Virus record (IMG/VR): IMGVR_UViG_3300050821_010764
Location: 1 to 64,000 of that record
Strand: one strand, 5' to 3'
DNA: 64,000 nt
Source: a virus
Part shown: in pieces, positions 16,628 through 25,451 of the stretch
How the letters are laid out: each line of letters begins with the position of its first letter
How positions within the stretch are numbered: the stretch's first letter is position 1
Made by a program: the position numbers and the translations under genes
The notes under the pieces: model-generated
Seen by the model: only the letters and a program-made list of their open reading frames with translations
Database searches by the model: none
Told to the model about the DNA's origin: nothing

Positions 16628-16814
16628 TAAGAATGTGACAATTGATTTGAAGGCAAGAAAAGATAAAGACGGACAAGTATTTTACGTGGGCAAAATTAAA
16701 GCTCCTGTTTTAATTGATTGCTCGGTAGGTGCTGTTTTTTTGATTTTCGTTTCTGATCAAGGAGACGAACAATTACAAATTGCTTTGATGGATAATAAAG
16801 AGATTGAGGAATAA
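16620..16814 (+). CDS. Hypothetical protein
   Basis: 64-aa ORF with GGAG SD. Confidence 0.65.
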   Translation: MSNKNVTIDLKARKDKDGQVFYVGKIKAPVLIDCSVGAVFLIFVSDQGDEQLQIALMDNKEIEE

Positions 16815-17116
16815 TGTCAATCCATTTTGAAGAACTGTGGGAGAAATGTGAAAAGTTTCATCAAGAAACTGATAACAATGATCCGGTATCTACTATCGTC
16901 AATGAGTTGATGTTGAAGATAGACCTTTACAAAATGATTGATGCTAAAACAGAAATACCAGATGAGGAACGCCAAAAAGCAAAATCCCGCACTATGGGCG
17001 AGATTCTGTTAACGTTGACATGTTTGTCCCTCAAAGACAATATCAATGTCTTTGAATCATTGAGTATCGCTCAACAATATCGTAGATTAGAAGCTCAGAA
17101 AAAAGTTAAACTGTAA
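16814..17116 (+). CDS. Hypothetical protein, weak MazG-like helical pattern
   Basis: MGEILLTL.......INV..SL resembles the C-terminal half of MazG domains. Confidence 0.5.
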   Translation: MSIHFEELWEKCEKFHQETDNNDPVSTIVNELMLKIDLYKMIDAKTEIPDEERQKAKSRTMGEILLTLTCLSLKDNINVFESLSIAQQYRRLEAQKKVKL

Positions 17117-17489
17117 CGCCAATGACTTCAACCGTGTTAACTGCAACACCATTAAGTGGCTTGCCAGTTAGCATTGCTTTGGTCTTTTCGGTAACAGCTT
17201 TGGCTTCTGGACTACCTAATTGTGCCATTGGATATTGTAACTTTACTCTTAGAGCACCAGATTCTTTGCCAAGTTCAGCGGATTGAACTCCGTATTGAGC
17301 TTTAGCTCCAACAGCTTTGGCTGCCTGTTGAACAACAGGAGTTACAGAGGCTGATACATCATCCCAAGAGGAACTACTGCCACCGCCACCAGCTAATGGT
17401 TGAGCCGCTTGAGCTAGTTTAGTGATAATCTTCTGTTGCTTGTCTGCTAGAGCAACTAGTTTCTTGATAATTTCTTTGTCATTAGCCAT
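17106..17489 (-). CDS. Hypothetical protein (KLAQ motif)
   Basis: 127-aa ORF with AGGA SD. Confidence 0.7.
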   Translation of the reverse strand: MANDKEIIKKLVALADKQQKIITKLAQAAQPLAGGGGSSSSWDDVSASVTPVVQQAAKAVGAKAQYGVQSAELGKESGALRVKLQYPMAQLGSPEAKAVTEKTKAMLTGKPLNGVAVNTVEVIGVTV

Positions 17490-17519
17490 GATATGTATCC
17501 TTGATAGTATAGGTTAGAG

Positions 17520-17963
17520 TTATCCTTGGAGAGATTGTTGCAATAGGTAAACCGATTCTTCTCTTTGGGAGGCAATTTGCATAACCATATCGTCTAGACC
17601 TAAGGTGAGCTTACCTTCCCTTTCAAAACAGTCGTAGGCGTCCTTGGAGAATTTAAGAAAATCTTTCTCGACTGCCAGCGACATTTCCATAGGAGAACCT
17701 TCCAGGCTCTTATACTTCAAAAGAACTTTGTTGAGAAGCTCCGCTTGCAGGTCGTAGTTCAAGACCTCGGCACCGAAAAGACCCATAAACTTTTCGGCAG
17801 CTAAGTCTACATCTTTTAATGTGGAATTATACAGTCTTTCAAACAATAAATGGTCGCCATAGAAAGCGTGACCCCTGGTAGTCCAGTGATTATGCTGATG
17901 AATCAAAGCAATTGCCTTTAAACTGGCTATGTACAAAGCTCCAACTTTACTGCACTTATCCAT
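17520..17963 (-). CDS. Ferritin/Dps-like protein
   Basis: HQHNHWTTRG..FYGDHLLFERLY...D.AAEK ferroxidase-type motif. Confidence 0.75.
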   Translation of the reverse strand: MDKCSKVGALYIASLKAIALIHQHNHWTTRGHAFYGDHLLFERLYNSTLKDVDLAAEKFMGLFGAEVLNYDLQAELLNKVLLKYKSLEGSPMEMSLAVEKDFLKFSKDAYDCFEREGKLTLGLDDMVMQIASQREESVYLLQQSLQG

Positions 17964-18200
17964 GATGACCTATTTGCTAGAGATTAAGGAATTTCATAAA
18001 GATATGCTTTTATTAGTATCTGGTGCCAGATTATTGATTTTGCTCTGATTCGGTGATCCAGCATATAACCGGGCGCTAATTTTCACCTTTTTGGCAATTA
18101 TTTTCATTTTGTCGAACTCTCTCTCGACAAACGCAACGGGGGACTTATAGGGGGATCAGCTGTTATATGATCTCTTGTACGATCTGGGAGGTTAGGGGCG

Positions 18201-18551
18201 ATGAAGAAACCAAAGAGGGTTAAACCGTTTTCTTTTAAGGATCTATCTCATCAACAGGTAGTAGATTTACTGAATGAGGAAAATCCGGTTAATCTCAAGT
18301 ACAATCAGGATTTAGCTGACAGAGTTTATGCTAGATATACTTTGCTGGAGAAATCAGAAGTAAGCAGAATTATCAAGATGGTTTTTCAAAGTTTTCGTGA
18401 CTTGTTGGTGTTGGGAAAAGTTTTGAATTTCAATAACTTGTTTTTTGATGCAAAATTGCATTTCTTTGACTATCGCAAAAACGGTCATATATTACCCTCT
18501 TTGAAAGTAAAAATTTCCACTCCGCCACCCTTGAGGCACCATGCCAGCTAA
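18201..18551 (+). CDS. Divergent HU/IHF-like DNA-binding protein
   Basis: N.DLADRVY......KSEVSRII..VF......LVLG..L.F pattern. Confidence 0.5.
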   Translation: MKKPKRVKPFSFKDLSHQQVVDLLNEENPVNLKYNQDLADRVYARYTLLEKSEVSRIIKMVFQSFRDLLVLGKVLNFNNLFFDAKLHFFDYRKNGHILPSLKVKISTPPPLRHHAS

Positions 18552-18879
18552 AAATTTCGATGAATTAGAAGATGATGATATTGAATTGGATGACCTCGAT
18601 GACACTCCGATGGATATCGAAGAAATCAAAGCTAATTTACCTAACTATCCTACTCGGCAATTGTGTGAAATGATTGTTTGTGATAGATATTTTGGATGCT
18701 ACCGAGATATTGCCATCATGTGTATGGAAGAGTTAGGTAGACGTCGAGCTGCTGGAGATGATTTTCCATTTGAAACCTTTATTGATGATTCATTAGCTGA
18801 ATTGCCTAAGCTTGATTTTTCCGTTCCAGATTTGGGAGATGTGTTGCGCCAGGTCATTCATATGAAGGGTAATTCATGA
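18541..18879 (+). CDS. Hypothetical acidic protein
   Basis: 112-aa ORF. Confidence 0.7.
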   Translation: MPAKNFDELEDDDIELDDLDDTPMDIEEIKANLPNYPTRQLCEMIVCDRYFGCYRDIAIMCMEELGRRRAAGDDFPFETFIDDSLAELPKLDFSVPDLGDVLRQVIHMKGNS

Positions 18880-19451
18880 ATCGTGTATTGACCGAGACCA
18901 TTATTCGACATGTGCTAGCAAATCTAGCTGTCATTCCATCTTCTTTTGTTGATATCGATAAAAGTAAGTCTATTATGTCAAAGGAGTTTCTTCTGCCAGA
19001 GAAACTTATATTTGAAACAGAAGAGGGAGTTGAACTCAAAAACAAAATTTGGGGTTGTCAGATTTCTGTAGAACAACAAGAGCTGAAAATGATTTTAGGA
19101 AACTGTACACAAGAAGAACAGCTTCCAGAGTTTGCTTTAATTGTTCAGCTAAAAAATGCTCCTGCTTATGGATTGTATTTAGTTTACAATGATTTTGTGG
19201 GAGATCAAATAGATGGTGAAGCGCTTATTTCCTGCACTTTAGACGGTAAAGCTTGGATGGAGTGTCAAACTTTCTTGCAAGCTACCTTTCTGGCTGGCAT
19301 GGAACAGATGAAAGACATTGGTTTGTTTTGGAGTAAATGTATTGATTATAAAGAGCAATACAATATGCTGCTATCGTTTATTCAATTTCATAGTACGGTT
19401 TATGAGGTAAAAGATGAGGGGCAGGAAGACGGATTCTCAATTCTTAAGTGA
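18876..19451 (+). CDS. Hypothetical protein
   Basis: 191-aa ORF, ATGA overlap. Confidence 0.7.
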   Translation: MNRVLTETIIRHVLANLAVIPSSFVDIDKSKSIMSKEFLLPEKLIFETEEGVELKNKIWGCQISVEQQELKMILGNCTQEEQLPEFALIVQLKNAPAYGLYLVYNDFVGDQIDGEALISCTLDGKAWMECQTFLQATFLAGMEQMKDIGLFWSKCIDYKEQYNMLLSFIQFHSTVYEVKDEGQEDGFSILK

Positions 19452-19878
19452 TTTTATTTCTACGTGTACCGCAGCAGAGATGGATACTCCTGAACTCATA
19501 GTTGCCTATGCTAAAAGTACTATTGCTAATATTGATGAAGAAATTAAACGAATGGAACGGCAGAAGATTTATCGTTCTAAATTGCTGGGTGTAATTGAGG
19601 CTTTTGAAAAAGCTTCAACGGCTCCTAAGATGGAAGAAATTAAAATTCTATCTTTCTTTAAGATTCAGAATCAGCAAATCTGTAAATTTATCTGTGATAA
19701 TCTAAAGCGGGGCGTAGCGACTGTTGAAGGGTTATGTAATTTGGAATTCTCCTCTGCCGACATTTTATTTTGTGTGAAGCAACTATTGGAGCATAAAGTA
19801 ATCTCTAAATCGGGCAATCATTTGTTAAGAGGAGAAATGTTTGATGAGTATCTTAAATTCGTACTAAGAGAGACCTAA
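19414..19878 (+). CDS. Hypothetical protein (possible C-terminal winged helix)
   Basis: 154-aa ORF with GAGG SD. Confidence 0.65.
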   Translation: MRGRKTDSQFLSDFISTCTAAEMDTPELIVAYAKSTIANIDEEIKRMERQKIYRSKLLGVIEAFEKASTAPKMEEIKILSFFKIQNQQICKFICDNLKRGVATVEGLCNLEFSSADILFCVKQLLEHKVISKSGNHLLRGEMFDEYLKFVLRET

Positions 19879-20255
19879 TGTTTATAGCTTTATTCCTTAG
19901 AAATGGCAAAATACATATTGTTAGTTATCGCCAAAGAGATGGTAACTATCGGGCGGTCTGTAATAAAACCATCAAGCCCGTAGATAGAATAAATACTATT
20001 GCTTTTGATAATACTTTCCCTGGTATTTGTGAATATTGCAAATCAGCTTACGACGAAATGTATCGTTCGGATTTAGAAGATGACACGGTAATGGCTCATA
20101 ATAGTTCAACTAACAATTATGTAACATTAAGGGATTTACATCTGGTAGATTTTATGGGACCTAAAAACGATTATGAAACTCTTTTAGAAGATAAAACTTG
20201 GTATAAGTTAGCCAAATATCAGCGTTTAGTTAAAAGAACCAAAAAACATGTCTAA
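19878..20255 (+). CDS. Hypothetical protein
   Basis: 125-aa ORF. Confidence 0.65.
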   Translation: MFIALFLRNGKIHIVSYRQRDGNYRAVCNKTIKPVDRINTIAFDNTFPGICEYCKSAYDEMYRSDLEDDTVMAHNSSTNNYVTLRDLHLVDFMGPKNDYETLLEDKTWYKLAKYQRLVKRTKKHV

Positions 20256-20580
20256 TGATTTATCTGTCAACAAAAGAACACTATGGCGATACGTCAACAA
20301 TAAGATGCGTCATCTAATACATCATTATCACATATTTGCTGTTATTACTATTTTGTTTGATGAGATGCTAAAGGATTTGATTAGTGGTAAAGATATTAGA
20401 ATTTTCAATTTTGGAACTTTTACATTGAAAGATATGAAGCCCAGAAGATATCATGATGTGACTCAGAGGCGCGTGGTTCTTTCTAAGGGACATCGTATTC
20501 TTCGTTTTGTGCTAGCTCCACAAATTCGAAAAAAACTATGCGACCGCCTTGACCTTGACAAAACCTTAAGGAATGATTAA
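20248..20580 (+). CDS. HU/IHF family DNA-binding protein
   Basis: GKDIRIFNFGTFTLK...PRR..D.......V......RF. Confidence 0.7.
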   Translation: MSNDLSVNKRTLWRYVNNKMRHLIHHYHIFAVITILFDEMLKDLISGKDIRIFNFGTFTLKDMKPRRYHDVTQRRVVLSKGHRILRFVLAPQIRKKLCDRLDLDKTLRND

Positions 20581-20582
20581 AA

Positions 20583-20963
20583 ATGAGCAGGAAAGGACCT
20601 CGACAGCTCGTGTTTGTTTGCGCGAGCATCTCTAGCGCTGGAGAGCTGGTAACCAAGATTATTCCAGCTAATTCTCCTGATGAAGCTACCAAGTTATTTA
20701 CCGAACAATTCTCTCATGCGCCCAAAGAAGTATTGGGACCGTTTTTTAAGAAGCGTACGCAGGTAATTGAAAATACTAGGGTTCTAAAGTTCACCAATCA
20801 AACAAAGAAGGCTATATATAATGATTGGATCGTCAACGCATTCATCCTAACAGAGCCGGCGAACCAGGCATATTTGGTCTTCCTCAAAAGGGCGGATGAC
20901 AAAAAGCTGCCTACACCTAAGGGCACTATCACGGTGCCCGTTTCTGATCTAAGGTTCCTATAA
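20583..20963 (+). CDS. Hypothetical protein
   Basis: 126-aa ORF. Confidence 0.7.
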   Translation: MSRKGPRQLVFVCASISSAGELVTKIIPANSPDEATKLFTEQFSHAPKEVLGPFFKKRTQVIENTRVLKFTNQTKKAIYNDWIVNAFILTEPANQAYLVFLKRADDKKLPTPKGTITVPVSDLRFL

Positions 20964-21316
20964 TGCTAACCAAGAAATTCCTCAAGCAAACAAAAGAGAA
21001 ACTCCTCTTAGAAAGAGATGAACTACTAGAAAAGTCGACCAAACGTCCTGATATAGACACGGATGGAGATGAGACTGACGAGATTCAAGGTAATTTGTTA
21101 ATTGATTTACACAATCAACTAACCACTAGAAATCATTCTAAATTATTTCAGATTGCTGATGCTCTGAAAAGAATAGATGATAAGACGTACGGAATTTGCC
21201 AAGATTGTGAAGAGAACATTCCCGAGAAGAGGCTCTCTGCTAATCCATATTTTCTAACCTGTGTTTCCTGCGCGGAAGAACGCGAGACAGAGGAAAAACA
21301 AAGAAAGAGATTCTAA
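20963..21316 (+). CDS. dksA: DksA/TraR family C4 zinc-finger protein
   Basis: DETD coiled-coil tip; ALKRIDDKTYGICQDCEENIPEKRL.A.P....CVSC. Confidence 0.85.
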   Translation: MLTKKFLKQTKEKLLLERDELLEKSTKRPDIDTDGDETDEIQGNLLIDLHNQLTTRNHSKLFQIADALKRIDDKTYGICQDCEENIPEKRLSANPYFLTCVSCAEERETEEKQRKRF

Positions 21317-21318
21317 CA

Positions 21319-21909
21319 TTGAATACTATTGTAACTGAAACGACTGAACATGGCGAAATGCCAATTGACGTCTATCACAAGCTAGCCAATGACCGTATTT
21401 TGTTCATCACAGAGTACATTACTGATCGTGTTGCTGCCGACATCACCGCTACTCTATTATTGAAGGACAGTGAAGATTCTGAAAAGAAGATAACTTTGTT
21501 TATCAATTCACAGGGCGGCGACATTCGTAATGCTTTTATGATTGTTGATATGATGAACATGATTGATGCTCCTATCGAAACAGTCTGCATTGGCGCTGCC
21601 ATGGATGAAGCCGCTCTCATTTTGACTTCTGGTGCTCCTGGCATGAGATTTGCTACCAAAAATTCTCGTATTGCTGCTAGCCAGCTGGTACATGAGTGGA
21701 TTACCCGCGCCGACCTAACAGATGCTAAAAGGTATTTGGAGTTGGCATTAGTTGATAACAAACGCATGATGGAGATTTTTGCTAAAACAACCGGTAAAAG
21801 TTTAAAGCAAGTCATGGAAGATTTTGAGCGACGAGTGTTTATGGGTGCTGCTCATGCAGCCAAGTATGGTTTAATTGACAAAGTAGTTAGTTTTAGTAAG
21901 GTGCAATAA
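21319..21909 (+). CDS. ClpP-family subunit lacking catalytic Ser/His (ClpR-like)
   Basis: ClpP motifs DVY..L..DRILF and LFINSQGG are present, but CIGAAMDEAA (no Ser) and SRIAASQ (no His). Confidence 0.8.
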   Translation: MNTIVTETTEHGEMPIDVYHKLANDRILFITEYITDRVAADITATLLLKDSEDSEKKITLFINSQGGDIRNAFMIVDMMNMIDAPIETVCIGAAMDEAALILTSGAPGMRFATKNSRIAASQLVHEWITRADLTDAKRYLELALVDNKRMMEIFAKTTGKSLKQVMEDFERRVFMGAAHAAKYGLIDKVVSFSKVQ

Positions 21910-22502
21910 TGGGAAAAGGATGCGATCACAATCACGACCATATTCGTGCTCCCCTTCTTGCAGGATATGCTGACACCTATGTTAAACTGGCTAAACATCG
22001 TATTTTGGTGGTAGCCGAAGATGTTTCTGACACCATGGCAGCGGAATTGTCCGCTATGTTGCTCTATTTTGACAACGAAGATCATGAAGCAACCATTGAA
22101 ATGCACATTCATTCTGATGGTGGGGCTGTAACGGGATTGCTAAACATTTATGATGTTATGCAAATGGTTCAAGCTCCCATCAAAACTGTTTGTGTAGGTA
22201 AGTGTTTTTCAGCAGCGGCTGTATTATTGGCAGCAGGTAATAAAGGTGAAAGGTATGCTCAGAAGAATTCTAGCATTATGATTCACGGTATTCAGTGCGG
22301 TTTTCCCATTCCAGGTCACGACATGACCTCTTCCAAAAACTATTATGAGTTTTTGGTGGAAAACAACGACAATATTATGAAGATTTTGGCACATCATACG
22401 GGTCACTCCCTCGAAAAAGTGAAGAATGACTGCAAGCAAGATGTTTACATGGATGCCAAGCAAGCGTTAGAATATGGACTAATTGACCATATCATCGGAT
22501 AA
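21909..22502 (+). CDS. clpP: ATP-dependent Clp protease proteolytic subunit
   Basis: IHSDGGAV, GKCFSAAAVLLAAG (Ser), SIMIHG (His), QDVYMDA..ALEYGLID (Asp). Confidence 0.88.
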   Translation: MGKGCDHNHDHIRAPLLAGYADTYVKLAKHRILVVAEDVSDTMAAELSAMLLYFDNEDHEATIEMHIHSDGGAVTGLLNIYDVMQMVQAPIKTVCVGKCFSAAAVLLAAGNKGERYAQKNSSIMIHGIQCGFPIPGHDMTSSKNYYEFLVENNDNIMKILAHHTGHSLEKVKNDCKQDVYMDAKQALEYGLIDHIIG

Positions 22503-22521
22503 ATGAAGTGTGTTGTGGAGT

Positions 22522-22557
22522 CAATAATGCCCTCGTAACTGAGGGCATTATTGTTTT
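22522..22557 (+). terminator. Intrinsic terminator-like hairpin
   Basis: CAATAATGCCCTC-GTAACT-GAGGGCATTATTG followed by TTTT. Confidence 0.75.
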
Positions 22558-22601
22558 AGCTGTCTGAAATGTGAGGAATATCAATAATTCCCTATATCTT
22601 T

Positions 22602-23999
22602 ATGCTAAAAGTGGCGGTTCCTGATCCAGTTCAATTAAAGCTGAGACAAAACAAAAAGTTATGGAATAAAGAAGTCTCGACTTTTATTAATGATCTGATC
22701 AATTTCAAAAAGACTATGAATGGTGCTCCCTCCAAATTTCATCCGGAGAAAGGTACTATTAAAGATCCTATTCCTGCCGATCCTGCTACTATCATTGGAG
22801 TTTTAGCCGACGATTTTCGTGATATTGCTGAAAAGGGCAATGCCATCATTACAGAGCAGATTAATTACTCCAAGACCCGTCGTAAATCCCAGCCAAAGGC
22901 TCCATTAGCTCCTGCACCGACTGGAACCGCTCCAACTACACCTCCGACTCCTGAAGCGCCTCCTGCGCCAGATTTGTCCAAGCAATTGGCAGCTTTTGAA
23001 CAAAAGTATGGTTTGGTTGCCGAAGGCTCTAATCCACTCTCTAGATTTTTCACCAGATTGTTAACTCCAACTTTTGGTGTTAGTGAAGCGGCTCGTATTC
23101 GTAAATATAGGATGTCTTTGCTGGATGCTTGTGTCAAAACTTATAAAGCACTTGGCAAGTTACAGGTAGAGATTGTTAAATCTTCTCCCGAAAGTATTAA
23201 TATGTCTAATTCCATTCTTCATCAAGCATGGAACGATTGGACTTTAGTGGTAAGAGGTTTGGCTACCTATAAACAGAATATGCCAAAAGAAGTTCCAGAT
23301 GCTGGTGGTGAAATTGCTCCTCCCGAAGATATGTCAACCACTACACCAGTTACTCCTGGTGCTCCCTCCACGCCCCAAGAAGACCCATCTAAATTTCCTT
23401 CTCTTAAACAGGCGTTGGATGCGGTCAATGATTTTAATGCTAACTCCGGAAGATTCACCTCTGATAATGTAGGTGATTTGGTTAGGACTATTGAAAAGTT
23501 TTATATGACCAAGAACTTGACTACCGCTCAGGCAGTAGTTAAAGCCTATCAAAAACTATTAAGTGATCTGAACACTAAGTACCAGACTGCTGGCAGCAAT
23601 TTAAGTGAAGTCGCGGATATGAAAGAAGAGAATAAACGAGCCAATAATCCTCCCGCTACAGCTGCGGTAAGCTCTCATTTAGAGAAGGTTTCTCAAGATT
23701 TCTTGAAGAAGTGGTTGGGTAAAACTACACATCAACTAAGCGTATTTGATAAAACCTCTGTGTATCGTTTAGATATTTACAAGATGGCAGGTGAAATTAG
23801 AAAGAACATTAACCAGACCATGGATTCTTTGGAAAAAGGAATGAGTGTTGATGAGCTAGATCCGTTAGTGACTCAGATTAACAAAGATATGTCAGCTATG
23901 AGAATGTTCATGAGATCTTTGCATCTTAATGCTCCTCCACAAAAGAAGAAGACTCCTCGTAGTCAGCTACCGCCTGGTGCGTTAGAAAACATTTTTTGA
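22602..23999 (+). CDS. Hypothetical protein (helical with Pro-rich linkers; possibly virion-associated)
   Basis: 465-aa ORF. Confidence 0.75.
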   Translation: MLKVAVPDPVQLKLRQNKKLWNKEVSTFINDLINFKKTMNGAPSKFHPEKGTIKDPIPADPATIIGVLADDFRDIAEKGNAIITEQINYSKTRRKSQPKAPLAPAPTGTAPTTPPTPEAPPAPDLSKQLAAFEQKYGLVAEGSNPLSRFFTRLLTPTFGVSEAARIRKYRMSLLDACVKTYKALGKLQVEIVKSSPESINMSNSILHQAWNDWTLVVRGLATYKQNMPKEVPDAGGEIAPPEDMSTTTPVTPGAPSTPQEDPSKFPSLKQALDAVNDFNANSGRFTSDNVGDLVRTIEKFYMTKNLTTAQAVVKAYQKLLSDLNTKYQTAGSNLSEVADMKEENKRANNPPATAAVSSHLEKVSQDFLKKWLGKTTHQLSVFDKTSVYRLDIYKMAGEIRKNINQTMDSLEKGMSVDELDPLVTQINKDMSAMRMFMRSLHLNAPPQKKKTPRSQLPPGALENIF

Positions 24000-24005
24000 G
24001 GTAAT

Positions 24006-24413
24006 ATGGAAGAGGGTATCATCTACATTCATAATAACGTTTTTAACACGCTAATAGCTGTTTCAGAAGATGAGCAGGCGCAGGGTTTAATGGGACAAAC
24101 TTGGCCACCTCCCGTTATGTCATTTGTTTATGCGGAACCGCGTGTTACTAAATTCTGGATGAAGAACACTCCAAGCCCATTAGATATTGTGTTTTGCCAC
24201 AATGGTAAGGTTACTCAAATTTGTAAGGGCGAACCCTACTCTACCACTATGATTGGTGATAACAAATTTAGTGATTTGGTCATCGAGTTCCCATATGGGA
24301 CCGCTGTAACCTCAGGTATCAAATTGGGGCATAGTGTGGGACTCGTCAAACCGACCGTCGAGGAATTAAAAAAAATCATTGCTGAAAAATATCATGGAAT
24401 TGTAAAACTTTGA
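24006..24413 (+). CDS. DUF192 family protein
   Basis: QAQGLM....M.F....FWMKNTPSPLDIVF...VIE. Confidence 0.85.
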   Translation: MEEGIIYIHNNVFNTLIAVSEDEQAQGLMGQTWPPPVMSFVYAEPRVTKFWMKNTPSPLDIVFCHNGKVTQICKGEPYSTTMIGDNKFSDLVIEFPYGTAVTSGIKLGHSVGLVKPTVEELKKIIAEKYHGIVKL

Positions 24414-24446
24414 CGGGCTTGCTTTTCTAATTTTAGTGATTATGTT

Positions 24447-25451
24447 ATGGGTATCAAGATGGAACTCATTCAAGACTTTAACAAAATTCTGACCTCCTTC
24501 AACATCAAGGCTTCCTGTGTCGATCACAGAAGGGTGGATAACTATTTCTACTATGACCTGAAGTTGAATCCTAGTGCTAAAGTGAAGGATGTGCAAAAGT
24601 ATAGTGATGAGATTTCGCTGGCACTCAAAACGCCATGTAAACCTAGTGTCAAGGTTTTACACAGTGAGGGTGTGGTTAGATTAGAATTTGCCACGCCACG
24701 TTTAGCTCCGCTCAAACTATTTGATTACTTTACTAACTATGGTATTCCTAAAGGTGAGATCAACTGCCTATTAGGTCAGACAGTAGATGGCAAAGAGATG
24801 TGGATGGATTTAGCTACTAATCCTCATATGATTGTTTCTGGCACCACAGGATCTGGTAAAAGCACACTCATTCACAATATCATCGCTAACCTGCTTAATT
24901 ACAACAATGTGGATTTGTATCTATCCGATCCGAAGCGTATTGAGTTTATTGAGTACAGTAATCGTATTAAGAGTATCGATGTTCGATTTTCTTACGATGA
25001 AACTTTGGCACTCATCAATAATGCCTTAGAGTTGATGGAATTTAGATATGAACTGATACGTCGGGGTAATATCAAGATTACAGATTTCAAACCAATGGTA
25101 ATTATCATTGATGAGTTTGCCGATCTTATTATGCAAGATAAGAATGATGCCTTTTATACTTCGCTGTGTCGTCTAGCGCAGAAGTGTCGAGCGGCTCGTA
25201 TTCATATCATTCTGGCGACGCAGCGTCCCTCGGTCAATATTATTAATGGAACCATCAAAGCTAACTTTCCGGCTCGCATTGCCTGCCGAGTAGCTAGCCA
25301 TGTGGATTCCAAAGTTATTCTCGATGCTTCTGGAGCTGAGAACCTATTGGGTAAGGGTGATGCTTTGGTTCGCGATAACTCACGTTTTCTAGAACGTTTT
25401 CAAGTGGCATATACTGACGCAGCGGAAGTCTGCTCTGTATTCGGAGAATAA
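24447..25451 (+). CDS. FtsK/SpoIIIE family ATPase (no TM domain)
   Basis: PHMIVSGTTGSGKS, DPKRIE, IIIDEFADL, ATQRPS and GAENLLGKGD. Confidence 0.9.
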   Translation: MGIKMELIQDFNKILTSFNIKASCVDHRRVDNYFYYDLKLNPSAKVKDVQKYSDEISLALKTPCKPSVKVLHSEGVVRLEFATPRLAPLKLFDYFTNYGIPKGEINCLLGQTVDGKEMWMDLATNPHMIVSGTTGSGKSTLIHNIIANLLNYNNVDLYLSDPKRIEFIEYSNRIKSIDVRFSYDETLALINNALELMEFRYELIRRGNIKITDFKPMVIIIDEFADLIMQDKNDAFYTSLCRLAQKCRAARIHIILATQRPSVNIINGTIKANFPARIACRVASHVDSKVILDASGAENLLGKGDALVRDNSRFLERFQVAYTDAAEVCSVFGE

